Shown piece after piece: positions 48,343-60,300 of a stretch of DNA of 64,000 nucleotides; position 1 is the stretch's first letter, and each line of letters starts with the position of its first letter. This DNA comes from Orbicella franksi. Lineage: Eukaryota. Below the pieces are notes generated by a model. That model was not told the origin of the DNA and did not search any database. It saw only the letters and a program-made list of their open reading frames with translations. Position numbers and translations under genes: made by a program. Where the stretch lies: assembly GCA_964199315.1 (NCBI GenBank), contig OZ116699.1, positions 19,530,001-19,594,000 on the forward strand. The letters run 5' to 3'.

Positions 48343-48795
48343 GGTCATTCCACTGAAATAGAACCTGCCCTGAGACTTTTGTGAAACTTTGCCTATTGAT
48401 TGTTTATATTACAGGAACTTAAATTTTGAATTAAAAATGAGGGGTCCCCATGTTCGTTCAGGAGCAACAGCACCTTGTTTATACCCATATAAATCCTTAT
48501 AATAGCACCATGATTGTAGTCACGATTGCTTGCTAAATTCACGTTTCCGACGATTGTTTCTTGTTCTACACTGAGAATTGGTCCATATTTATTTTACACA
48601 GAGAAATTTATTATTCAATTCAAAACAACAGAAAAAAATGATAGGTCACCATACTCGTTTGCGAGAAAATGACGATTTACCTCTACGGCGAGGTCCAGCT
48701 GTGAAGAAAAAGCCGCCATTTTTTGATGTGCGCGCGCTAATCACGCGTGAAATCATGCGCAGTAGGAATGCGCAATGCAGTACTGGAGAATGACC
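48343..48795. mobile_element. Kolobok-like non-autonomous element, copy 1
   Basis: TTAA|GGTCATTC ... GAATGACC|TTAA; collinear with the copy at 50404-50845. Confidence 0.75.
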
Positions 48796-49602
48796 TTAAA
48801 TAGCTTTTTCATACCTAAATTCTTGTCCTTTTTTCTCCAGACCTACGTTATCGTTCTTTGGGCAAACAATTCTCTCCTGCACCATTTCTGAATAGCTTGT
48901 ATGTTTATCGGAAATCCAGTCTTCTGTGCACCCCTCAAATGAAAAAAAGAAACATTTATAGTGTATTTAAAATGTCTACAGAATCAATCATTTTTATTGT
49001 CCAAAAATGAAGACAATCGAAAAAACAAAGAAAGCAAAAAGGCAACGCGGGAAAATAATTAACCATTGATAAAATGGAACGAAAATTTAACTTCATTTCG
49101 ATTTGATATTTTCGCAAAAGCATGTTTTCGTCATAGATGTTTTCGTTTCACTCCGTGGAGTCATTTGGATATATTTACCAGACACGCAAGGGCAGTCCGT
49201 TATTTTCTAAAGCTTCTATTTTCGTTACATTTCGTATTCACGGCCGCCCTTCCCACAAACGCTTTATTGAGTCAGTAGACTGTTCCTCAACAACCACAGT
49301 AACCCGTTAACAGGCCAATTTCTCGCGTTGAATTTACCCTCTCTCTGTGGGTCACCCACCAAGAGTATAGTGTGTGAAAAATTGGCTCAATCGGTTCTTG
49401 AAGTCAATCAGTGTTTACTAGCGTCCAGTAACCACTAATATTTCCTGAGTTTCCTGCGCTATAGAAGGACTCGTGTCTTTGTTGACCTAGACCTTCCTTC
49501 TCTTAATAAGTTTATCAATACATCAAGCAAAGCAAATAACTTCATAACAATGTGACGTGGTTAAGTTTAATTTCCTTTTGATGAAAGCCAATACTAGGCC
49601 AT

Positions 49603-49772
49603 AGGCCATATTCGTAATCTCGGTATTAGACTGGAACTAGCTTGCAATGGAGGCTCATGCGGGGAAATATCTTTAAAAACAGATCAAAGGCATTTGCATT
49701 TGAAAAGACTAACCGCTTAAGTCTCAGTTGCAAGCTAGTTCCAGTCTAATATCAAGAATACGAAAATGGTCT
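49603..49772. mobile_element. Fold-back MITE (AT|AG...CT|AT termini)
   Basis: Arms AGGCCATATTCGTAATCTCGGTATTAGACTGGAACTAGCTTGCAA and TTGCAAGCTAGTTCCAGTCTAATATCAAGAATACGAAAATGGTCT are imperfect reverse complements; AT on both flanks. Confidence 0.75.
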
Positions 49773-50403
49773 ATTTACAGACGTTTGAAGGTTTCAGTTA
49801 GTTTGATTCAAACTTGTACCGATCATTACATGTTGCATGCCTTTCTAGTTACAACGACATCAAAAAGACCCCCCCCCCAAAAAAAAACAAAAACAAAAAC
49901 AAAAACAAAAACAAAAGACATCTAAATGTCAAAACGCAATAACATTCTGAAATAATTCAGAAACTCTGGAACTAATGGCCGGCCGACTATTTCAAAGAAT
50001 TATCGCCACTGGAATTTTTGCGTTTCCTCAAACGTAACCTTTCGAAGGGCAAATAACAAAATCTAACTCTCAATTGACTTCTGTTTCAAATACCCCTTAC
50101 GACATAATTACATAAATAATACAAACATTCGGGTTTTTGATTAAATTGTCCTAACCTTCTATCAACTAGCTTTTTAACAGAGATAATTACTTGGTCACTT
50201 GGGTGCTGTACACCCAAAGATTACCGCCTTTTTTTTTGAAAATCTTGGAAGTGCAAATTGGGCCGAGTTTCGATGACAAAATTTTCGAGACATTATCCCG
50301 TATTTAACGTTCAGAGACCAACCGTAGAAGAGAAAGCAAGAATGAGTGACCAAGCAAAGGAACAGAAACCAAACTATAATGAATTTCTCTCTGCTTGTTT
50401 TAA

Positions 50404-50845
50404 GGTCATTCCACTGAAATAGAACCTGCACGGAGATTTTTGTGAAACTTTGCCTATTGATTGTTTATATTATAGGAACTTAAATTTTGAAATAAAAATG
50501 AGGGGTCCCCATGTTCGTTTAGGAGCAACAGCACCTTGTTTATACCCATATAAATCCTTATAATAGCACCATGATTGTAGTCACGATTGCTTGCTAAATT
50601 CACGTTTCCGACGATTGCTTTTTGTTCTACACTGAGAATTGGTCCATATTTATTTTACACAGAGAAATTTATTACTCAATTCAAAACAAGAGAAAAAATG
50701 ATAGGTCACCATATTCGTTGGACGATTTACCTCTACGGCGAGGTCCAGCTGTAAAGAAAAAGCTGCCATTTTTTAATGCGCGCGCGCTAATCACGCATGA
50801 AATTATGCGCAGTAGGGATGCGCAATGCAATATTGGGGAATAACC
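50404..50845. mobile_element. Kolobok-like non-autonomous element, copy 2
   Basis: TTAA|GGTCATTC ... GAATAACC|TTAA; same orientation as, and closely similar to, 48343-48795. Confidence 0.75.
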
Positions 50846-51398
50846 TTAAATTTATCGAGCCCCGACTACCACTCAATTCTACATGATACACAAGTATCTT
50901 CAAATTTAGGTCGGCATAACCTTAAATTGCTAAATTAAATATTTTATAATTTTTTGTAAAAGAGTAATTTTATAAAAAAAATTCTCTCCGTGCAAGTCGT
51001 GAACGGCGGTAATAGATTCGTAACGCACGAGCACCGACTCGATATTTTAAACTTTTTCTAAAATTTTCTGCCTATGTTTTTTCTTCCATAATACAGCAGA
51101 GATCATCACATACACTGTACAAAGTACTGCGTTTCCGCAGAACAATAATATGTTACATTAACATAGACCTAACGTTTTACAACAACAACTGGACATAATT
51201 ACATTAATGCAACAAATAATTAAACTTACTGCAGTATTCAAAAATGAAACAACCCACTACACGACAACATAGGAAGATATCGCACAATTTTGTTCTGTAA
51301 TAAGGCACTTGCCTAAACTTAAAAGGCTGTTCCTTCACGATTTAACTTGTATACAAGAAACACAAAGTAGGTCAGTGTTTAACTGAAGGAACATTTGC

Positions 51399-54300
51399 TT
51401 AAAATGTTCTGCCGAAGATGACAGTGTCCGGAGGCGCTGGTTCCTTGAGTGGAATATTATAGAATCCTAATTTGGTGTAGAAGTCCAGAGCGTTGTTGTT
51501 TGTGGTCGCAATCTCACAGTGCACCCCTGTGCAATCTTCAGCCTTCAGCGCCGACAGAACACAGGCTAACAGGCGCTTGCCAAGACCAAGGTTCTGTCAG
51601 GAGGGAACAAAAGATGGTGAGAAAAAAAATAAATTAAAAAAAAAAAAAAACTGCCAAACAACAACTGGGGGAATACACATCAACATCAGATTAAGCACTT
51701 CTGATAAATTGTAGTGTCTCTATGTGGGTGATTGGCTCTTTAGTTTCCAAATGTTTTCTTTAATCTTCAGACTCTCAAAAGATTCATTGTGATGAGCATA
51801 CTTTATCTAGGCTGTGTACATTTGCCCACTCCCCTCAAGAAAGATTGGAAACAGACTTCCATTGAGAATGAACAGACTCCATGTGATGGATAAGAGAAGA
51901 TAAGGTGCAGTTGGCAGACAAGGTGCAAAGGAAAATCTGTAAACAGATTATCCATATCAATTATAATTCGATTACCATAACACAAGGCTTCCATGATTTT
52001 TTTCTTATTACTAGCAATAAAGGAACCTAAAACCCTGGGGTTTTCTTGAGAGGCAGCTACAACATACCTGTGCACGAGGAAGAAGGTATAACTGTACGTG
52101 GGTGCTGAACTTTAAAGCCAAGTCTTCAGGAAGAAATATCTTTGGACTGTGAAAACTATTGGCCAGTTGTTCTGCATATGTCCACTCTAATGAATTTCCG
52201 TGTGGCTTTTGGTATTTCTTGCAAACCTAAGAAAACAATCTGAGGTATCAAGACACACTTTCTGGCAAGTCTGTGGAGCTAAGAAAGAATATGTATGTAG
52301 ACAACTACTGTTAAGTAGCAGGAAAATATATTTGTACATACCTCAGGAAGCCAGTGTTTCTTAAACTGCTCATAAAAGTGTTTTGAATCAGGAGCCGCCA
52401 CTGCATAGCCACAGATACCATCTCCATCCTCCACCACGAACACATGTTCAGGACAGATCCTCAGGTATGGACCAACAAACCTACACAATGTATTCATAAA
52501 TTTATTTATAACCATAGAAAACCAGCCACACAGTCACTGCTCCCCCAAAAGGGTAAACTGTGAATGCTACAAGTGACATTTTCGATACAGCTTCTTTGAG
52601 AAAGGTTCTTCAACAAAAATGCAAAAGGATACAAGACATGTCCTGCATCTGAGATAGTCCACTATGCTGGTATAGACTATATTGAGGATTTTGTGGCACC
52701 TTCGGCTGCCCGACAGGCCAACGTGACAAGGCTGATTGATATTACGGGAAGAGCTTAGTTTATAATTGCTTGGTTGGGGTTCACAGTGTTTCAGCAAGGA
52801 AGGAGAAAGCATGAATACACATATCCACACTGTCTCCATCTATCATACTGAAGCACCTTGAACTTCAATCAATAAATCAACAGTGAACCACATTACCCAT
52901 GAGAACTTTCAATACTGCTATTTACACAGTTACTCTTCTGTTGTACAGCCTTTCTCAACTTAGCTCTGATTAACCGAGCAGGAGGTCTGTATGCAAGAAT
53001 ATTGACCGAGGTTGTGAGTACAGACCAAATGCAGTGAGGTCTGTACACACGACCAAGGTCAAGATTCTCCCATACAGACCGACTAAGCTCGGTCAATAAG
53101 ATTTTTATTATATAGCAAACAAGAACAATTTTTTTTTTTTAACACTTGTAGAAAAAACTTGTCTGTGGCTCATGATTTATGGCAGTATAATACATAATTC
53201 TGGCTTCTTTACCTGTATTATTTTGTTAAAAGAAGTTTATCATGACATTTTTAATTATTAGTGTAAGAAAAATTATTACAGAAGTGTAGTTTTTTTTTAG
53301 GAAATTCAGTTACTAAAGTGCAGCTGCCAAAACAGGTCACCCACCTATCTCCTGCCATGTTGAATTGTTTGTCAGGAAATAAATCATGCCCATCTTCCCA
53401 ATCATCACACGTTGCAACACAAATTTCATACAAGGATTTCTGCCAAAGAAAACAGGCATGAATGACTTGCAATTCATGTGCTTTGTCAGGTCTGTCATTA
53501 AAGGCTGTAACCCATAACACCTGTTATGGCTGAGTACGGTTGATTTTCCCTTGATGCCACGAGTTAACGCCCAAGTCGCTAGTAGAGGGAAGGTGCCTAC
53601 GAAGCCCAGGGTCTGCAACCGCAGTCACATCCCCGAGGCGCTAGAACACCTGACTGGCCTGCCCAACCCGCAACCAAGTCACAAGCCCCCCACACCAGGC
53701 CCCCTACAGGCACCCATCACACTCAAGCCAGATGGCTCAGCGGAAAAAAAAATGCTGAAAAGAGGGGGGGATAGGGAGGGAATGCCAAGAACCGCTAAAC
53801 TACTATAATTCAATCTATAACGCCACGCTAACAGAGCAACGAACACACTGCAAGTATATGGGACAACAACGCACTTACTAACCAAGAATACCGCTGGACA
53901 ATGTCAGCCCCAGGGCTCTCACGACCACATGACTGCTGCAAACACTACAGAACACTTAACAAATGCTAACAGACGGCCAAGACACTATCAAACGCCTACA
54001 AAAAACGCTACTGACCAGACTAGCTCCTGGTCATAAACCATGTAAAATTTCATTGAACTATATCAAACGCTACAGAATGCACCAAACACTAAACAAACGC
54101 TAACAGACAACCAAGACACTAACAACCGCCTACAAAAACGTTACTGACCAGACTAGCTCCTAGTCATTAACTATGTCAAATTTCATTTAACTATATCAAA
54201 ATTGTTTGTTGTCGATATAATTCGCCCACAAAGCAACAAGTTTGGTTGTGGAGAACAAGGTTACAGGTGACTCAAAACTTAATGACAGCCTTGCTTTGTT

Positions 54301-57300
54301 TTTCAAGTGAACAAACCATCTTTGCACAATCTTGCCCTAAGAACTGTAAGACACCACTGTGTGCACATTATGGCGCGTTAAAAAGAAGTGCAGTGTTCAT
54401 AAGAAGTTATACATCCTGTAAACGTACTTTCTTGCTAATTAATGACATTAATCACACCAGCTAGCTGATTATTACAGTCACATTTTAAGTTACAATGCAA
54501 TATATAGTGATTGGTTAACAATGCTGTCACAGCACCACATTGCTTATGAGCAAAAGTATTCAAAGATATACTAAAGTTTAAAGAATCTATACCTCATCTT
54601 CTGTCTGGTATGGTCTGATTGTGTAGATACGCGTAGTGGGAATTTCAGGGGCTCTCACGTTGAACACTTCATGTCCTCCATCAATAGGTAACAGTCTCTG
54701 CAAACACAATACATACTAACATTGAGAACACTAGTTCAAATCAGTCTATTCTTCTGTATGACCTTTATCATCTGCAAGAATGTTTGCAATGTATCTTGCT
54801 ACCAGCCTTGTTAATACATAAAGTATGGGGTAAAATGGAAAATGTCAAGCCCACTATTGAACTTGTTTCAGCCTAGTAGAAGAAATCTCTGGGATAGTTT
54901 GTCTTTCTGAATGCCACCATTATTGCAACCTAGGGACTAAATGCAGTATCCCTGGAATACATGTAGCCAACCGTGAAACATACCTGCAGCTCTCCACATA
55001 AACCTCCTCTAAACACCCAAGGTTCAGGATCTTCTGGGTAAAAGCTTTGCCCTTTTTGCTTCCTCCTCTTGTTCTTTGTGCTCAGCCAATTTACAAATGT
55101 GTCGAGCAACTGCAAGACTTCCTTTACATCCCAGACATATGGATAGAGGTCATACAGTAGTGCTCTATTGGATGTTTCTGTTAGTCTCACAAACATCTCT
55201 CCTACTGACCGACAGATTTTGTGGAACTTCTCAGCTCTGTCATTCCATTCTGTTATCTGGAATGTGGCAAATTGAAACCCATGATAAGTGCCTTTGCTAG
55301 CATATAACAACAGTACAGTCAAACCTCTACAGTAAGGACACCAAAGGGACAAAGCTGAGTTTCAGTATTATAGAGGTGTTTATATTAGAGAGGTTGAGAT
55401 TGAAATAATGAATTCTGGTTTCTCTGGGACCGAGTGAACTGTCTGTAATATAGAGGCAATCTATACAAGAGACTTTGAACAGGTCAAGTAACAGCTCAGA
55501 TTAGCGTATATATTTGTAATCAAATGTAAATATTCCAGACATGATGTCATCATTGCTGTTATAGACTCATCCCACACAATTAACACCTTCCATTTTCATA
55601 AGTCCTTGAAAAAGTATCAAGAAACTGTGCAATAGTGTATTACATCATCCAAGTTTCTTAAATACAACATCAATATATCGGCAGATTGCCAATGAGATGA
55701 CAGGTGACATAACAGATAAAATGATCAACTCAAAGAGTGTTGCTGTGCAGAATACACATGTACCATTAAATTATTATACAGTACCATCCTTATTACCAGG
55801 TTTGGAATAAATGGGTTTATGACCATACCTTAGATTTCTGCTCTTGTTCAGTAAGCTCCATGAAGTCTTGTGAATCTTCCTTAATTGCATTGAACTTGAG
55901 CCATTTGAAATCAGTTATGATCTGTTTGGCTTTCTGCCCATGATTGTATGGTAGGTAGAATAAATCTACCAGCAACAGAAGGTCCTCGACACTCAGTGGC
56001 GTCAAAGCAGGTTTCTCCTTTAGTTCACTTATTTCCATTGGCATTTCCTGCTCTTTCTTTTCAGTGTCTTCATCTTTCTTTTCTGACATGGAACAAAAAC
56101 AGTACGTTACTGATCACCAATCAAAACATAGGCATGCAAGGCGTGCAAGAGTTATTTTTTTGTGTGAAGTGTTGGAGATAGGAGCATTCATGGAGCTGTT
56201 TACAGACATGATTTGGTTAATTTAACATGTTTTTGGTTGCGATGTACAGCAAGAAAGAAACTGGGAATTTATGATGTACATGTGATGTTACATCAGTCAT
56301 GGTAAGATAGCTAAATAGTGAGCCATAAAATGTTTGACTAAACAAACTACAGTAATCTGACACGTCTCCAGATTAATGTAGATAATACCATCTTATTTTT
56401 TAACAGATAATTTGATTCGTTCTTTGATACAACCCCCACTGTGATTGGTGTGACACGCACACATGCGTAACTCCCTCACTCACTGATCACATAGCTCTTC
56501 CAACCCCCAAGAAGAATTTTTGCTCAAAATTAATCAAGTTAATTAAGAGACCTTTTCATATTTTATATGAGTGGTAAGTTTACCCTTTCTACACAACACA
56601 ACACTACTTCACCAAAAATAGAAAGAAAGAGAAAAAACCTCTCTGATATGTTCAAAGTCTGATTTAATTGAATTGCACTTTAAATTGGTGCCACACAGTC
56701 TTCAAAGAACATTTGAGCAATTTTCATGCTTTTTACCCTTAAAAATATCGGACTGAAATGAATGTCATCAAATAAAACTATTAAAGTGCTACTGCAGAGA
56801 CGTAAAAACCGTCCAGAAATGAAAGCTTCTCTTTTGTTTAATATCCTGGAAAGAATAGCCGATAACTTGTCAGCTCTAATTGAATTTACTCCCATATAAA
56901 AAACAAAAGTGTTAAGTTACCATTTGTACCTAAAGATAGCAAACTTCTCGAGGGAAAGAGTGGTGACAATTCATCAGCTCTAATTGAATTTACTCCCTAA
57001 TGAAAAACAAGTGCCAAATTACCCTTTGTAACTAAAAAATAAAAATATCTCGTTATATTTGCATGCAACAAGAACAAAACAATCGTTACCTGCACTTACT
57101 ATTGTAAACGTTAGAACTGTTTCAAATCTAAATAGTCTTGTCTCCTCTAAAACATGTCCTAAGAACTAGAAGCGACGATTCGTGACCTCTAATTGAATTT
57201 ACTCCTTGTGAAAAACAAAAGTATCAAGTTACCTTTGTAACTAAAAATGAGAATATCTCATTCCATTTGCATACTACTAACTCACGAACTGTTTCAAACC

Positions 57301-60300
57301 TCCAGGCTCATCTCGTTCATAACTAAAATCCTCAGCCTAACCCACAGAAAATGTTGAAGTAAACCCAATATATGAATACTTCCTCCTCTTTTATAGAAGA
57401 ATAAATATGGCCGTTGTGAACTTTATTGGGATCAAATCTTCTCACATATCATTTACCTTTAAAACAAGAAATTTGACTGGCTGTTTATAGTAGATCCAAT
57501 CTGATTGGTGTGACATACATTCATCTCTCACTCACTCACTCACTCATCCATTGGCCTGTCCATAACATACCTGACGCGACGACTAAGGGGTATTTTTTTT
57601 TTTACAAAAAAATAACTCAAAAATTGGATCCCCTCTTTCATAGAGTGATTTTCACAAAACTGTCGCAACACCAACACCAGAACAACCACATCTTACCATG
57701 TGCAACAAATGCAATAAACCACTCAAATGCACAAAGCTACCATTTTTTCACAAAAAAAAAAAACAGTGCATCTGTGCCAATTGATTGGTTAGAGCATCTT
57801 GTGCAAGTTCACGGAGAGGGGATAGAACTCAACAAAGCAAGCCTGGAACAAGTAAAAAGGGGTGAATATTCTTTTGGTTATTTAAGTATCCTCACTGTGT
57901 GCTCCCTTCCCCTGGTCGGGGTCACTTTGTTAGCCCGGCATTCCACTCCGACTTTGAATGCGTCCATGGCAGGTCCCAGCAGCATCATCACTCAGTCCGG
58001 ATGGCTAGCTTTCTTCAATTCAGAGCTTTGTAGTGTGTACTATAGAGATGAATTTGGCTTCGAATTTAACTGAAAGGGAGTGCTTAACCCTGTACTATGA
58101 TTCTGTAGAGGAATTGGGGCGGCTGGCATGCTTTCAATGTTTTTTTTTTTTTTTTTTTCATTTCAAGCGGCAGTGAGTCCAGAATTGAGTGTCTAGCCTT
58201 TACTCTATCTTAGGACAGGAAAACTAAAAAGCGATAACTCGCTTAAAAGGCTTCGGATTGAACTGAGAAGCGAAATAACAATAGAAAAGAGAACAAGGCA
58301 TTGAGGTAAATCATTTTGATTGCAAAAATATCAAAATTTTGGCTAAAATGTAGATTACAGTTTTTCCCCATACAAACCTTTATAAATTCAAACCGTTGTA
58401 ATGAAACAGCTCCATATGCTGCAAGGCGAGAGTCACATTTAGTGTACTCAAACTCGGTCGTTATGTAATTATTATCATAGTAGATGTCAGCCATAGTATG
58501 TCACTGAACATTCGCATAAAGATTGTAATAATAACTCCTTGTATCGTGAGCTTGGGCCGCTCGTGTTTGAGATAGTTTTTGGACGAGAAAGTGACCTACA
58601 TCTTTAAGCCATTTGGTTTTTTCAATTTTCTTTTTCGCCTTTCCTTTTTCTCCTTTTCTTATCTTTTTGCTGCAGTGATAGACCTTCTACTGGGCTTGCT
58701 TCCAGTTCAAAAAGTCCTGAAAGACAGGCAATTCCTACTACTGAGTAGCCAAGTGTAGTTGAAGGAAATTTTGCTCTGAGTTTTTCTGTGCATTTTTGAG
58801 CATATTTCAGACCCCACTGACCCCATCACTCTGATCTCAGCATCATTGCCTGATTTCAAGCCGAAAAGGACTAGGTACGAGTCTACAAATTATGGGTTTA
58901 GCAGCTATTGATCCGCATAGTCATAAAGTGCATGCCAAGCTTCACAAAATCCCCAAGTTTGGTGCAAATAGACTTAATAGTAAGAAAGATACAACCATTT
59001 GAAAACATCAAAATTCACCAAAAATGTATGGCCATTCGGACGCTGTGTCCCGATGACCAAATATTTCTATGTAATTTTGGCGTTTTTAAATGGCTGTATC
59101 TCAGTCAAAACTAGCCTGATTAACACTAAACTTGGGGATTTTGTGAATCTCGATGTGCACTTTCTAACTATGTGGATGAATAGTTGCTAATCCCATAATT
59201 TATAGACTTGTACCTAGTCCTTTTCAGCTTGAAATCAGGCAATTGGAAAGATATTTTGCTCCAGCAGAACTAGATAATGCCAATTTTGGTGAAAGCTGAT
59301 GACGTCGGGAGTAGAACAAAGGGCAACATTCATCATGGCCAGTCACGGCCAGCACGGGTGTCAATAAGTTAAAAGGGGGTAAAAGAAATCCATGGAACCA
59401 GCTCAAGACTTCTAAAGTGAAGAAAATCTTTCAGCTTTCAGCTCATACATGAGTATGTAGCTATGAATAATATTTGTAATTTCTAGCTCTTACCTGAAGC
59501 CGAAGAAGTGCTAAGCTTTTTCCTACTGTTTTCCTTTGCCACCTTTATTGGTGAAGGAGTCACTACAGGTGAGCACACAGTGGTAGTAACATTTGTATGT
59601 GAAGTTGGACATGTCCCAATAGGTGCTTGCACAGAAATTGGCATAGCCTCAGGTGTCATACTGTAGGCACCACTTTTGGCATAGGTTCTGGATGTAGCAT
59701 GTTTTACTTTAGAAAATTCTTCCAGCCAAGCAGATACAGCTTCTCGCAGAGCATTCTGTGGGTTGTAACTGGTACGTACAGTAGCGCTCCTAGATTCACT
59801 CAATGAGGTAGCACTTTCTGTCTCCATTTCACCTTCTACCTTCACACTTTCACTATCTGTTTCACTAGAACTGATTTCTTGAGAAACTCCTTGATCAGCA
59901 TCTTTCTCACAATTGCCATCTCTATCACTCTCAGTACTGGCAAGCAAATCTTCTTCCATAGGTTCACTCGAACTACTTGATTTCTCAGCCTTTAAATCAA
60001 TACTCATCGGTTCTTCAGCAGTGAGCAGGGAGGAATCTCTTAGCCATGAAGATAGAGTGTGGACAGCAATGAAGTTACTCTCAAACTCACAGTTAGGATT
60101 GGTCAGTACACCATTTAGCAAGGGGAAAAGTTCAACTGGCCTCCCGTCGTACGGACCCAAAAAGACACGTCTCTGATCATAGTCATTGGCATGAATATTG
60201 TCCCAGATGACAGGTTTCCTTTTAAGCACTGTTGTAAGAGCCTCAATAGTTTGTGTGGTAATCACTTTGGAAACCACTTTTGGACCTAAAATGAGTGAAG

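Noticed and set aside
56868-57250. Repeat-spacer-like pattern suggestive of CRISPR
   Set aside because: Eukaryotic intron; only three degenerate units with irregular spacing and no cas genes.
58375-58494. Resemblance of LQRFEFIK to the HENMT1 N-terminus, and the nearby in-frame TGA as possible selenocysteine
   Set aside because: The FxPPLY motif and methyltransferase exons are absent; no SECIS or selenoprotein context seen.
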